59,197 nucleotides of DNA, taken from a virus (lineage: Duplodnaviria; Caudoviricetes). Numbering within the stretch: the first letter of the stretch is position 1; each line of letters starts with the position of its first letter. The notes below the pieces were generated by a model, which saw nothing but the letters and a program-made list of their open reading frames with translations, did not search any database and was not told where the DNA came from. Location of the stretch: the IMG/VR virus record IMGVR_UViG_3300027985_000657, positions 1 to 59,197 of that record; one strand, 5' to 3'. Shown here piece after piece: positions 7,462 to 17,172 of this stretch. Both the position numbers and the translations under genes were made by a program.

Positions 7462-8776
7462 CTTTTTCACCATTAACAAACACTGGTGCAAAACCAAGTT
7501 CATTAAACTTCTTCTTTCTTTTTTGTGCATCACGTATTGCCAAATCGATTTTACTATTACTTCTAAAATGATAATAATATAAATCGGAAAATGGTGTATT
7601 CATTCTGTCTGTTCTTCCACCAGCTTGTTGAACAACTCTCCATGAATAGTTCTGTGAGTAGAATACAATAGTATCTGTTGTGATGCAGTTCCACCCTTCT
7701 GAACCAGCGGCATATTGAACTAAATATACCCAATAATCCCCCTGCGGAATTTCTTCATGAAGATGCCCATTCCATTCGGCTTTTGCAATACGTTCATCTA
7801 CAAGATGTACCCAAGGAATATCTTCTTGAATAATCTTGTCTTGTTTAAATTCATTCTTCTCTGTAACAGCACGTGCATCACCAAATAGTTTGCGTAAAAG
7901 CTCTAATTCATAATCAAAATTATAGAAAATGATTGCTTTTGGCTTATTTTTTAGAATATCCATTAGCGCATAAAGCCTTGATTTGTCGCTATTAACGATT
8001 TTTCGTAAAATATAACAAAATTCACTCGCATTCTCAATAGGCGCGTCTGTGTACGGATTCCAGCGTTTTGTGGCTGTGTTTGCATACAACACTCTGTCAT
8101 ATTCAACAGTTATATGCTCATGATGCTGAGTTGTTGAACGAACCATCCTCATATCAACTAATATATGATTTCTTAGTCGTATTAGGGTTCCTTCATTAAC
8201 CCATCGTTCGATTTTAGGGTATTTTGTGAATCTAGACCATACTGCATGCTTTCTTTCGAAGTCTGTTTTGTTTTTATACCAACCATTTGCAATAAATACC
8301 GGCATATAGTCAGACCATGTATCACCTGGTGTAGCAGACAACAATATCCATTTATTACTCTTTACAATCTTAAGGAATGATTTTGTCCATGCACCATACC
8401 CAATCACACGTTGTTCATCAAATATAAAGAAAGCATCTTCAACATCAACGTATTTTTTAATATTATTCCAACTGTCAATAAATATATTATGATGATATCT
8501 ACTAAACTGTGGATCTGTACTCATATGAAAATTAGCTAATTCCAATTCCCATTCAAATTTATCTCTCTTTAGGGCTGTTGTAATAATATAAAGGTCCATT
8601 GGTTTGGCCTTCATTTTTACATATGTCTCGGTGTTTACCTCGCCCCCATTGAGAGTATAATAGTAGGCAAGAGATGTTCTACTTTTTCCTGAACCAACAC
8701 CACCATTTAATATACAGCCATTTCTCATTTTCATGAGAGCATCATATTGGTAGTCTCGCAGTTGTACTCCTGCCAT
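7442..8776 (-). CDS. SF2 (SNF2/DEAD-like) DNA helicase
   Basis: LRDYQ Q-motif, GVGSGKS Walker A, FDEQ, LLSATPG, SEGWN, QAGGRTDR. Confidence 0.9.
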   Translation of the reverse strand: MAGVQLRDYQYDALMKMRNGCILNGGVGSGKSRTSLAYYYTLNGGEVNTETYVKMKAKPMDLYIITTALKRDKFEWELELANFHMSTDPQFSRYHHNIFIDSWNNIKKYVDVEDAFFIFDEQRVIGYGAWTKSFLKIVKSNKWILLSATPGDTWSDYMPVFIANGWYKNKTDFERKHAVWSRFTKYPKIERWVNEGTLIRLRNHILVDMRMVRSTTQHHEHITVEYDRVLYANTATKRWNPYTDAPIENASEFCYILRKIVNSDKSRLYALMDILKNKPKAIIFYNFDYELELLRKLFGDARAVTEKNEFKQDKIIQEDIPWVHLVDERIAKAEWNGHLHEEIPQGDYWVYLVQYAAGSEGWNCITTDTIVFYSQNYSWRVVQQAGGRTDRMNTPFSDLYYYHFRSNSKIDLAIRDAQKRKKKFNELGFAPVFVNGEKDGKHSI

Positions 8777-8795
8777 ATTGTTTACTCCTTAGAAA

Positions 8796-9018
8796 AAGTT
8801 AGAGGTATCCCATAGGGATGCTGGAAATCGGATGATCGTTTTACGTGTATACCTGGGCGCTAGCAGTTTTCCCTCTGCCGCAGATGTATTTTTTCAGCCT
8901 CTCGCCAACTAGTTAGCTGTCCATATGATCGAACAATCAGAGCGGCCGGTCTCTAAGAGTTCCATATAGGCGTACACGGGTTTGATCTCCAGCATCACTA
9001 TGAGATACCTCATAACTT
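8796..9018 (-). ncRNA. Candidate structured ncRNA (~220 nt) with a long closing stem
   Basis: GAGGTATC-C-CATAG-G-GATGCTGGA pairs with TCCAGCATC-A-CTATG-A-GATACCTC; inner helix CGTGTATACCT/AGGCGTACACG; GC-rich and non-coding. Confidence 0.6.
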
Positions 9019-9028
9019 ATTTTATTTA

Positions 9029-9616
9029 TTAAATATCATGACGATCGTTGAGTGAACAAGTTCCATTCGCGATACAGTCTTCTTCGTCATCCATCCAGTC
9101 ATCATAACGACCACCGAATTCGATGTCTGGTACTTGAATTGCATTCAATTTTTGCAAATATCCAGTAACTTTTCCAGGAAAATTTTCGGATATATAAGCA
9201 TTGATTATACAACCAACTTCCTGAATATCAATTCGATCAAGCTCACCAATACTTTCAATTTCAAGAGCTCTCTTTGTTCTTTTTCCTCTGAATTCAGAAT
9301 ATAAACTGATGATTGGTGGATTGATGCTATTCATGTTAACTTTAACATTAATGAAATATAATGTGGTCTCTGGTGTTGGATGATCTGGATCAATAGCACG
9401 TTCGCGGACTCTCCATCCACGTTCAAGCAATATCTTTCCAAGTTCTGGTGTAATAGCAAGATTGAAATTTCGTGCAGTATTACCAAAAATATTTGCTTCT
9501 CCTCTAAAGTTTGTCCAGAAAATATAAGCATCTCTTACTTCGAATCCGCCACGATCATTGAATATAAATTTAGTATCTTGAACTTTCTCGATACCATTTT
9601 CAATAACTCTACTCAT
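9029..9616 (-). CDS. Putative single-stranded DNA-binding protein
   Basis: NFRG....GNTARNF motif, acidic C-terminus, located between the replicase and helicase; start reassigned to MSRVIE. Confidence 0.65.
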   Translation of the reverse strand: MSRVIENGIEKVQDTKFIFNDRGGFEVRDAYIFWTNFRGEANIFGNTARNFNLAITPELGKILLERGWRVRERAIDPDHPTPETTLYFINVKVNMNSINPPIISLYSEFRGKRTKRALEIESIGELDRIDIQEVGCIINAYISENFPGKVTGYLQKLNAIQVPDIEFGGRYDDWMDDEEDCIANGTCSLNDRHDI

Positions 9617-9693
9617 GTTTCTTAGTTCTCCTTTTTTATTTTTCAAATATCAATGGGCTAACACCAAAATATCAGTGTCAACCCATCGTTTTA

Positions 9694-12600
9694 TTACATA
9701 TTTAATTCTTCTACATCAAAAACTTCATTATCTGCTGATATAAATATTTCCTCATCAGATTCATGTTGTTCATGATCAACAAACCACTCAAAGTCTCCAT
9801 ACTTATTAATTGTATCAATTGCATTATCAACCATAACATTATAATATGAAGTATCGATTGAATCTCTTAAATCAAGTTCCTCAACCATTTCAGCTTCAAG
9901 CCATCTGTATCCTTTTGATCCAGTTACAGCATCATAACTAACAGTACCATCCTTTTTATTAACAGGTTTAACTAAAAGTCCTCCACCATGTCCTGGTAAA
10001 ATTGGGCAGAAGTTTCCAACACGCCCAATAAATTTCAAGTCATCAACACCGTCTGATTCATTCATGTTTAGGTAAATAGAAGATTTAACTTCTTTAACTT
10101 CACACAGATCATCAAACAATATTTTCTCATGACTAAATAATGTTTTGAAAACATATGGAACTTTAAATTGAGTTCCTGTTGCTGTCCATTTATTTGCTTT
10201 CTTTCCGCCCTTATTTCTGATTCCATGTTTATCAAGTTTACCAACATACACTGCATCATTAACAAGACATATTCTGTCAAAGTTACACTCGTGCGCAAAC
10301 TTATACCCATATTTATGAGCAAATTCATGACAGAATTCAACTATTTCATCAGTAATGTTTGGAATTTTAACGGAGTCTGTTTTTATATGCATCACTTCAA
10401 CACCCTTTTCTGCAAGGGCATCTTGTAATGTTTTCATGAACAATGCTCCACGTAAAGCAACAATATTGTTTTCATTTCTTGGGTCCTTAAATGGATTGCT
10501 AAATGTTGCTGAAGTTAAACCATATACTGAATTGATTGCGATTTTTAATGCAGTTGCAACATCATCAGACATAGTTGGATCATCTAGGAATGGTTTCAAT
10601 ACTCCATTGAATAACTCTTCAGCTAAATCAAGTCTTCCATTTTTAATATAAACTCTTGAATCAACAAGAGCCCTAAATATTGGTGTGTATTCGCCAAAAT
10701 AATTCATGGCTAGTGCTGAATTTGGATGCATACTCTCAATATCAAGCAAACCAACATCTGTATACATACCTGGTTTCGCATATACATACCCACCAAATTT
10801 CAAATCAACACCACGATACATGTTTTTCTTGTCATATTTATTGGTTTCAGGATTCCAGGTTTTTACAAATTCATAACCAGGGAATTCCTCTGCAAGATCA
10901 ACATAATTTAATTTTGGTGCTTTTTCAGTGCCAAATATCAATTTTGTAGATAATGAGTTTGTAGTGTCGTTTACGCAAACATTTAATCCTCTATACCCTT
11001 TGACCATTGCCACTAACATTTGTCTTGCTCTAAAATCTCCAGCTGTATGATTGAATAATGCTTCAGTTGCGATGACATCGTTATCACAATATTCGGCAAC
11101 TTCCAACCATTTTTCTTCAGGAACTGGTTGATCCCATGGAAGACCAAGCTCCTTGTGTTTGATTTTAAGTTTAATTTGCCACTTCTTAAGTGACATCTTT
11201 TCAACCGCATAGTCATAAATATCAGTATAACTGATGTTATATGCTTCTGCAAAGAAACCTTGTTTTTGGTTGATTATTTTACTACTCAATTCGAATAGTT
11301 TTAAATTAGAATATCCAAGAAGTGCTCCATAAATAATATGATTGTCATATCGTCTACAGTTAAACCCAACAAGTCTATATCTCATTAACATTTCAATTTC
11401 GTGTGGGGTTGGATTAATCATCCTTGTTATTGGACGTCCAACACCCTGTAATTTCCAGTTGACAACTAGCAAATTTGGAAATACTTCAACATCATAAAAT
11501 GCTATTGGTTTTTCATCGTTCGCTACATTTTCAGAAGCATCATCCGACTTAAACTTCATTTTTGGTACTAATTTTAAACAATAGTCTGATTGGTTAGTGC
11601 TGCTCGCAGCAAATGCTAATATAATACCATGTAAATCAGATACGTCATATTTAACGCCACTATTGTATGCATCTTCTAAGATTTTAAATATAAAGTCAAC
11701 CGATGGTTTAGTTCCAGCATGATACTCCTTATTTAGATTGTTTTTTATTAAAGACCTAATGGCCTTTTCATTTTTAACACTTTCGAAGTTTATCACGCGT
11801 CCAACCTCCCTCATTGGTAAACCCGAATTAATTTTATTTATGTTTTCGTTGTTACATTTTGTAAGCATTCTTCGAAGAGAACTATCCCCGGTAAATACTT
11901 TGACTTCTATATTATCTGCATATACACGACTAAGTAATGTTGGATCACCATCATAAATATAATGAAGATGAATACCTTTTCCAGACTTACTAACCTCGGC
12001 ATATGTTTTTGGCCATTTACTAGCCTCTTCCAGATTTTTTTGAAAGTCTTTTTCACCATGTTCGTCTTGAATATCAAAGTCAATGACTATATGGTTTAAT
12101 GGAACCTTAAGATAATGTAATCTCTTGGTATCAAGTTCTTTCAATGTTGTAGAGCATTCCGACCACTTACTCATTGGAATACCAGATCTTGTTCCATATT
12201 GAGCTGAACAATCTGCACAATCGACGTCAAGTTTAGAAGGATAATCACCAAATTCAATTAATTCAAATGAATCTTTTTTCTTTCTATTTTTTGGTTTAAT
12301 CACTTCCGTTGGTTGTTCAAAAATATCAGTTCGGAAATCAAAATAGTATGATCGCACGTATTCGCCATTAACCCTGTATCGTTCTTCATAATTTTTGAAA
12401 TAATTTCGCAATTCATTTTTAAAGACTCTCATTGACATTGGATATGGCACTTTTGCCGAATCACAATACATCTTATACATTTCCCAAGCAACTTTCAATG
12501 TTACACTGTTGTCTTTTTTAAATATAGGAAACGCGTCAGATACAAAGTTATAAAAGTCATTAGATTCACTCATCATCAAAATAGGTTTATAGTCATCATA

Positions 12601-13617
12601 TGCATGTTTGTCTTCCTCATATATCTGAAGACAGTGAAATGCAATAGCACCAAGTTCAAATTTTATTTGAGTCATTAAACGGTTGTATCTAGCAAGTGGT
12701 ATTTTATTACCAGATGGGTAAATATCAATCAATCTTCGCATCAAACCTGATTTGGCATTTGTGATTCTTACAGGACTATTTGTGCCCATTAGAAGAAATG
12801 ATATAAATCTCATTTCATATAAGGATTTATGCTTTTCATTCACAATCATCTTCTCGTGAGAAACCAAACTATTAATTTTAGTATTTTTTTCAATTCTTGA
12901 CAAGTCTCCATCATGGCTTATCGCCACTAATGGATTTGCTTTAAATTGTTCAAGCGCAAAAGCGTCCGATGCCGAACCAAGAGATTCAGCATCAAACATT
13001 TTAAAATATCCATTGAATAACTCTTGAATGATGTTCAGGATTGTAGATTTACCACTACCCGGCGGACCATAGAATACACCAAATTTTTGGATTGTTTTTG
13101 AATCACCACTAAGTATAGCACCAATAATCCACTCTATCTTATGACGTTCGTTTTCATTATAAAGGGTCGAAACCATCTCGTTCCAACCCTCCATAGTTCC
13201 TTCCTCGTCTAGAGAATAGGGTAATCTCTTTGTACCATAATCTTCCTTATTGGTTCCTTGATTTTGAAATATCAAGTTTTCATCAAGTTGTTTCCAATTA
13301 GATCGAAGCTGTTTTTGACAATATTTATGCCATACATCGATCATATTTGTTTCCGCATCCCACATATACATGATTCGTATATGATCCTCACCATATCTGT
13401 GTTTGTTCTTTTGCGCAAACTCGTCCAAATATCCATCTATGAGTTGTAATACATCATCCTCATTTGTGGACCATAGTCCAAGTTGTTCAATCCAGACGGC
13501 ATAAAAGTCACCGCCTCGAATCATTAGATCCTTACTCTTACTTGTAATTTTGAATTTCGGATATATTTCTACAACACCTTTACGTGTTCTTGTCGAAATC
13601 ATCAGAAAATCAAGCAT
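9694..13617 (-). CDS. Fused SF3 helicase - AEP-type primase - family B DNA polymerase
   Basis: GPPGSGKST and LMGTN (SF3); IDFD and SKSGKGIHLHY (AEP); FYDVE, GFN...YD, YCDND (3'-5' exonuclease); DIESMHP, KIAINSVYG, KTDS (PolB). Confidence 0.88.
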   Translation of the reverse strand: MLDFLMISTRTRKGVVEIYPKFKITSKSKDLMIRGGDFYAVWIEQLGLWSTNEDDVLQLIDGYLDEFAQKNKHRYGEDHIRIMYMWDAETNMIDVWHKYCQKQLRSNWKQLDENLIFQNQGTNKEDYGTKRLPYSLDEEGTMEGWNEMVSTLYNENERHKIEWIIGAILSGDSKTIQKFGVFYGPPGSGKSTILNIIQELFNGYFKMFDAESLGSASDAFALEQFKANPLVAISHDGDLSRIEKNTKINSLVSHEKMIVNEKHKSLYEMRFISFLLMGTNSPVRITNAKSGLMRRLIDIYPSGNKIPLARYNRLMTQIKFELGAIAFHCLQIYEEDKHAYDDYKPILMMSESNDFYNFVSDAFPIFKKDNSVTLKVAWEMYKMYCDSAKVPYPMSMRVFKNELRNYFKNYEERYRVNGEYVRSYYFDFRTDIFEQPTEVIKPKNRKKKDSFELIEFGDYPSKLDVDCADCSAQYGTRSGIPMSKWSECSTTLKELDTKRLHYLKVPLNHIVIDFDIQDEHGEKDFQKNLEEASKWPKTYAEVSKSGKGIHLHYIYDGDPTLLSRVYADNIEVKVFTGDSSLRRMLTKCNNENINKINSGLPMREVGRVINFESVKNEKAIRSLIKNNLNKEYHAGTKPSVDFIFKILEDAYNSGVKYDVSDLHGIILAFAASSTNQSDYCLKLVPKMKFKSDDASENVANDEKPIAFYDVEVFPNLLVVNWKLQGVGRPITRMINPTPHEIEMLMRYRLVGFNCRRYDNHIIYGALLGYSNLKLFELSSKIINQKQGFFAEAYNISYTDIYDYAVEKMSLKKWQIKLKIKHKELGLPWDQPVPEEKWLEVAEYCDNDVIATEALFNHTAGDFRARQMLVAMVKGYRGLNVCVNDTTNSLSTKLIFGTEKAPKLNYVDLAEEFPGYEFVKTWNPETNKYDKKNMYRGVDLKFGGYVYAKPGMYTDVGLLDIESMHPNSALAMNYFGEYTPIFRALVDSRVYIKNGRLDLAEELFNGVLKPFLDDPTMSDDVATALKIAINSVYGLTSATFSNPFKDPRNENNIVALRGALFMKTLQDALAEKGVEVMHIKTDSVKIPNITDEIVEFCHEFAHKYGYKFAHECNFDRICLVNDAVYVGKLDKHGIRNKGGKKANKWTATGTQFKVPYVFKTLFSHEKILFDDLCEVKEVKSSIYLNMNESDGVDDLKFIGRVGNFCPILPGHGGGLLVKPVNKKDGTVSYDAVTGSKGYRWLEAEMVEELDLRDSIDTSYYNVMVDNAIDTINKYGDFEWFVDHEQHESDEEIFISADNEVFDVEELNM

Positions 13618-13630
13618 ATGTGTTACCTAC

Positions 13631-13858
13631 TTAATTTTCTTTTACTTCAGGTTTAGGATCTACGTCTTTAGGTTCGGCCTCTTTTGGATCTTTTGCAGGC
13701 TTTTCCTCTATAGGGGCTGGTCCGTCAATGATTGCTGTAAGAATGATTACTTTATGACCAATTTTCTTTCTTAAATATCCACCAAGGATACCAATTCCAA
13801 CTACTCCAGTAACCAATCCGGCAATAAACGGACGTCTTTTAATAACATTTTTTAACAT
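13631..13858 (-). CDS. Small membrane protein
   Basis: Gly-rich TM helix, Pro/charged tail, strong RBS. Confidence 0.7.
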   Translation of the reverse strand: MLKNVIKRRPFIAGLVTGVVGIGILGGYLRKKIGHKVIILTAIIDGPAPIEEKPAKDPKEAEPKDVDPKPEVKEN

Positions 13859-13876
13859 GATCTAAATTCTCCTTTT

Positions 13877-14422
13877 TTAATTATTGAATAATCTTTGTAA
13901 AAACCAGTTCATTTGATACCAAATATCAACATGTCTCATATCCTGTCTAGGATTTTCAACAGTAAAAAGCCCACCATTTCCATCATAGTCATAATCATGA
14001 TTTAATAATGCATCAATTCTACTCTCGACATATCGAATATCAATACGTTCATTTGTTTCTGATTTTAATCGTAGTGATTCCAACATTGTATTGAATATAT
14101 AGTCGGTTTTACCACCAGTTTCATAATCATATGCTATATGTTCGTCACCCCTCAATGCAAGTGCAACCATCATTTCAAGCATACTACAACTACGATTATG
14201 ACGAAGGGCAATATCCATTTGTTGATTTGAATAACCCTTTTCATAACCAAATCGGTATCTTAAATCAATACCATCTGTCATTCTATTTTCATCCATAGGG
14301 ATGGAAAAATGGAATATTGACGAATTTAGAATCTCGAGCAGACGACTATATCGGCGTCTGTCATAGATACTTGGAAACGCCAATTCGCTCATCCATTCAA
14401 AATATAATTCTTCTAATTCCAT
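13877..14422 (-). CDS. Conserved hypothetical phage protein
   Basis: YFEW...DENR..DG..LR...CSMLEMM..LA...G.GGLF...IWYQM..W pattern. Confidence 0.75.
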   Translation of the reverse strand: MELEELYFEWMSELAFPSIYDRRRYSRLLEILNSSIFHFSIPMDENRMTDGIDLRYRFGYEKGYSNQQMDIALRHNRSCSMLEMMVALALRGDEHIAYDYETGGKTDYIFNTMLESLRLKSETNERIDIRYVESRIDALLNHDYDYDGNGGLFTVENPRQDMRHVDIWYQMNWFLQRLFNN

Positions 14423-14426
14423 TAGA

Positions 14427-15065
14427 TTAGTCTTCTTCGACTACTCCTATTATACCATTTATTTGATCATATGTTCTTTCTTCTAGAAGAACTTCATATA
14501 CAATGCCCTTTTTCTCATCACAAATGAACAAACAATCAGCATCATAAATTCCCATTTTATCCAGATTAGGATAACCGCCAACGATTCCAATATTATTCAA
14601 TTGATTATAATCGTCATCGGTAAGAACTTTATCAGCAGTGTAATAAAGGGTAACAGTCTCATATTCACTATCCTGAAATTCTTCAGGTGTCATAATATAT
14701 GGTTTAGTCGTGTCTACTTCCTCCTCTTTAATATGTACAAGTTTTTCTTCTCCAGGATCACCAGGAATTCTTTGATCTGATCCTGTTCTGTATTGTTCAC
14801 TGTAGTCAATCTTGCCATTGACTTTTTTAACTACAGGTTTCTTTGGTTCTTCTTTCTTTGGTTCATCAATTGGTTTATTGTCACCTTCTGGTACAACAGC
14901 CTCTTCTTTGACGCCAGAATAACGAGCAAGTAATACTTTTCGAACAGCAGCTACTTCTTCGTCCGCTAAATGCTCATAATATTTTTTGCTACGCATGTAG
15001 CCGATTTTATAACCGGCTACCGCTGCAAGAGATGCTCCAACTAAAAATATCAATACTTTTTTCAT
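14427..15065 (-). CDS. Membrane-anchored conserved phage protein
   Basis: N-terminal TM helix, PYIMTPEEF motif, acidic C-terminal domain. Confidence 0.75.
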   Translation of the reverse strand: MKKVLIFLVGASLAAVAGYKIGYMRSKKYYEHLADEEVAAVRKVLLARYSGVKEEAVVPEGDNKPIDEPKKEEPKKPVVKKVNGKIDYSEQYRTGSDQRIPGDPGEEKLVHIKEEEVDTTKPYIMTPEEFQDSEYETVTLYYTADKVLTDDDYNQLNNIGIVGGYPNLDKMGIYDADCLFICDEKKGIVYEVLLEERTYDQINGIIGVVEED

Positions 15066-16039
15066 TAGATCACCTTTCTGAATTGTGTGAACATTTTATT
15101 ACCGTTCTTACCGGTAAGAATATCACCATCCACGTTGAATTCTAAGAATAATTCTTGTGCGTTACTTCTTAATGAATCCATAGCATATTGGTTTTTATTT
15201 CCAAATCTGTCAAATAGACCCATTGAAATATAAGAATCTCTTGTGTCATCACTAGGATCATAAATCCATCCTAATACTCTAGATGCTTGAAGCTTTTCAT
15301 CACCAAGTGAAGAAATATCAATACCTAATTCCTCATATACTTCATGTAGGAACATTGCCCCAGTATATACTAATTTCATGTTTAGGTATTTTTCTTTCAT
15401 TGCTAATTGATTTAATACCATATTAGTATCTCTGATCCATCCATGGGCAGTTCGATCATACATTACAGTAAAATCACTATCTGCTTTGACGTGTGGCCCT
15501 TTTACAAGTTGTTTTGTTAGATTACCATCTTTATCAACAACTTCTTTTTCTTCTTCACGGACATCTCTGAAAATATCTTTTTCTGCTAGATCTCCAATTT
15601 TTGCAGCAACTCTCTCACGATATGAGCGATAGCCGTTTTCTAATGTCGTATAAGCAGCTGCAAGTGCCATGTTACGACCCTTCATGATTTTGTGTGAACC
15701 AAGAATTCCGGCAACAGTTAAGCCAAATCCGATTGCTGTTGGTAAATATAATCTACCTAGTTCGAGTCCTGTTTTTGCATAGACTTTAGTTAACTCTTTT
15801 TTGCCTAAACTAACAGAGTACTCTTTGTTTGATAATTTATTATCATCATGCATATCTTGTTTGATTTCTTTGATTTTTTTATTAGCATTAGCAACTACAA
15901 GCTCTGCTTTTGGTGTTGCTTTAACGGCTAATACAATACTTCCTGCTGCAGCGATAATAGCTCCAGCTACAAGTAGTTCTGGTGATTTTTGTTTACCCCA
16001 AAAACCAACCTTACTAATAAATCCTGTAAATTTATTCAT
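15065..16039 (-). CDS. Membrane-associated paralog 1 (DUF6353-like, from recall)
   Basis: SPELL...ATPKA...LY.PT...ALAAAYT..E...Y pattern shared with the 17173 and 17936 ORFs. Confidence 0.75.
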   Translation of the reverse strand: MNKFTGFISKVGFWGKQKSPELLVAGAIIAAAGSIVLAVKATPKAELVVANANKKIKEIKQDMHDDNKLSNKEYSVSLGKKELTKVYAKTGLELGRLYLPTAIGFGLTVAGILGSHKIMKGRNMALAAAYTTLENGYRSYRERVAAKIGDLAEKDIFRDVREEEKEVVDKDGNLTKQLVKGPHVKADSDFTVMYDRTAHGWIRDTNMVLNQLAMKEKYLNMKLVYTGAMFLHEVYEELGIDISSLGDEKLQASRVLGWIYDPSDDTRDSYISMGLFDRFGNKNQYAMDSLRSNAQELFLEFNVDGDILTGKNGNKMFTQFRKVI

Positions 16040-16056
16040 AATTTATTCTCCTTCGT

Positions 16057-16668
16057 TTAATCTAGTGGTGTAGCCTTAGGGAAATTAATAGAATATCCAT
16101 CTCTAACCCTGTCGATTGTTACATCAGATAGGTCTCTCCAACCATACTTATTTGCTGTATATGGAGCACTTTGCCCAATCATATCATAGAAATCAGCAAC
16201 AGATACCATCTTGTATCTATCGATTTGATCTCTAAGACTCATTAGTACTTCTTCTGCTTCTCCCCTATCAAACAATACAACTTCGTTAAAATTAAAGAAA
16301 TCTTTTCTTGTTGCTGCTTGCGGGATTCGATCGTAGTTTGTATCTCTATTTCTATCATAAAATGATGTATAACTAATATTTCTACTTCGACTATCCCTTG
16401 GGTCTCTGCTTCGACCGCCATAGATAAGAATATCAATACCGGTTTTGACCATATCAGTAATCAATCTTTGGATACCAGGTATAATGACACTAGTAAAAAC
16501 TTGACCTCTTACCGTTTTTGCATCTTCTGCAAAGAAGTTTCTTTTGAATTTTTTGAATTCTGATTCTTTTCTGACAGATACATTAGTAGTAATCGTGTCT
16601 TTCTTTATACGTTCTGGCTCAGGTTTCTTGCTTGAATCTGAGTTAGTTCCAAAGTCTTTTAGTCCCAT
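16057..16668 (-). CDS. Conserved hypothetical phage protein
   Basis: R.EAEEVL..L...I..Y..VSVADFYD..G...YT.NKYGW motif. Confidence 0.75.
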   Translation of the reverse strand: MGLKDFGTNSDSSKKPEPERIKKDTITTNVSVRKESEFKKFKRNFFAEDAKTVRGQVFTSVIIPGIQRLITDMVKTGIDILIYGGRSRDPRDSRSRNISYTSFYDRNRDTNYDRIPQAATRKDFFNFNEVVLFDRGEAEEVLMSLRDQIDRYKMVSVADFYDMIGQSAPYTANKYGWRDLSDVTIDRVRDGYSINFPKATPLD

Positions 16669-16700
16669 AATTTTTCCTCGATTTTCATAATTTTTTAAAT

Positions 16701-16745
16701 GGAAAAGATAAAGGAGTATGATTCACTCATACCCCTTTGTCATCC
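16701..16745 (-). terminator. Intrinsic terminator
   Basis: GACAAAGGGGTATGAG...TCATACTCCTTTATC hairpin followed by T-rich sequence. Confidence 0.6.
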
Positions 16746-16761
16746 GGGCCCAGCTTGTTAA

Positions 16762-16974
16762 TTATTCTTGATCAGCTGGATTCACTTCAACGGGTTTTTC
16801 TTCCGCTTGTACTGCTGCCTTTTTAGCCGCTCTTTTCTTCCAGAAATATCTAACCGCTAATGCAAGTCCAACCACTACTGCAACTGGTGCAGCGATAGGT
16901 AGAGCTTTCTTAACGATCGGACATACTGATGAAGTAGCAACTTCAGTTGCAACATCGTTTGTCAAATTTTCCAT
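16762..16974 (-). CDS. Small membrane protein (cassette gene)
   Basis: MENLTND start with AAGGAGAA RBS; single TM helix then a basic tail; own promoter motif and terminator. Confidence 0.75.
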   Translation of the reverse strand: MENLTNDVATEVATSSVCPIVKKALPIAAPVAVVVGLALAVRYFWKKRAAKKAAVQAEEKPVEVNPADQE

Positions 16975-17018
16975 TTTCGTTTCTCCTTCTTTATTATTTA
17001 TATAACAAAGGTTTCCCT

Positions 17019-17046
17019 TCATTATACCAGATGTATTTTATGCGAA
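17019..17046 (-). promoter_or_regulatory. Phage promoter-like motif copy
   Basis: TTCGCATAAAATACATCTGGTATAATGA. Confidence 0.75.
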
Positions 17047-17172
17047 TATAATTCCGTGGAATGTACCCATATACATATGCGCATATTTAAAACCTCATCG
17101 GTTAGCGAACTAATACATATATGGGTTATCTATTTTTACATAGTCATCCATTCCATAAGACTAAAACCATAA

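Noticed and set aside
17090-17105. Hammerhead-like CCGATGAG on the minus strand
   Set aside because: Core deviates from CUGAUGA and no correctly placed GAAA or stem II.
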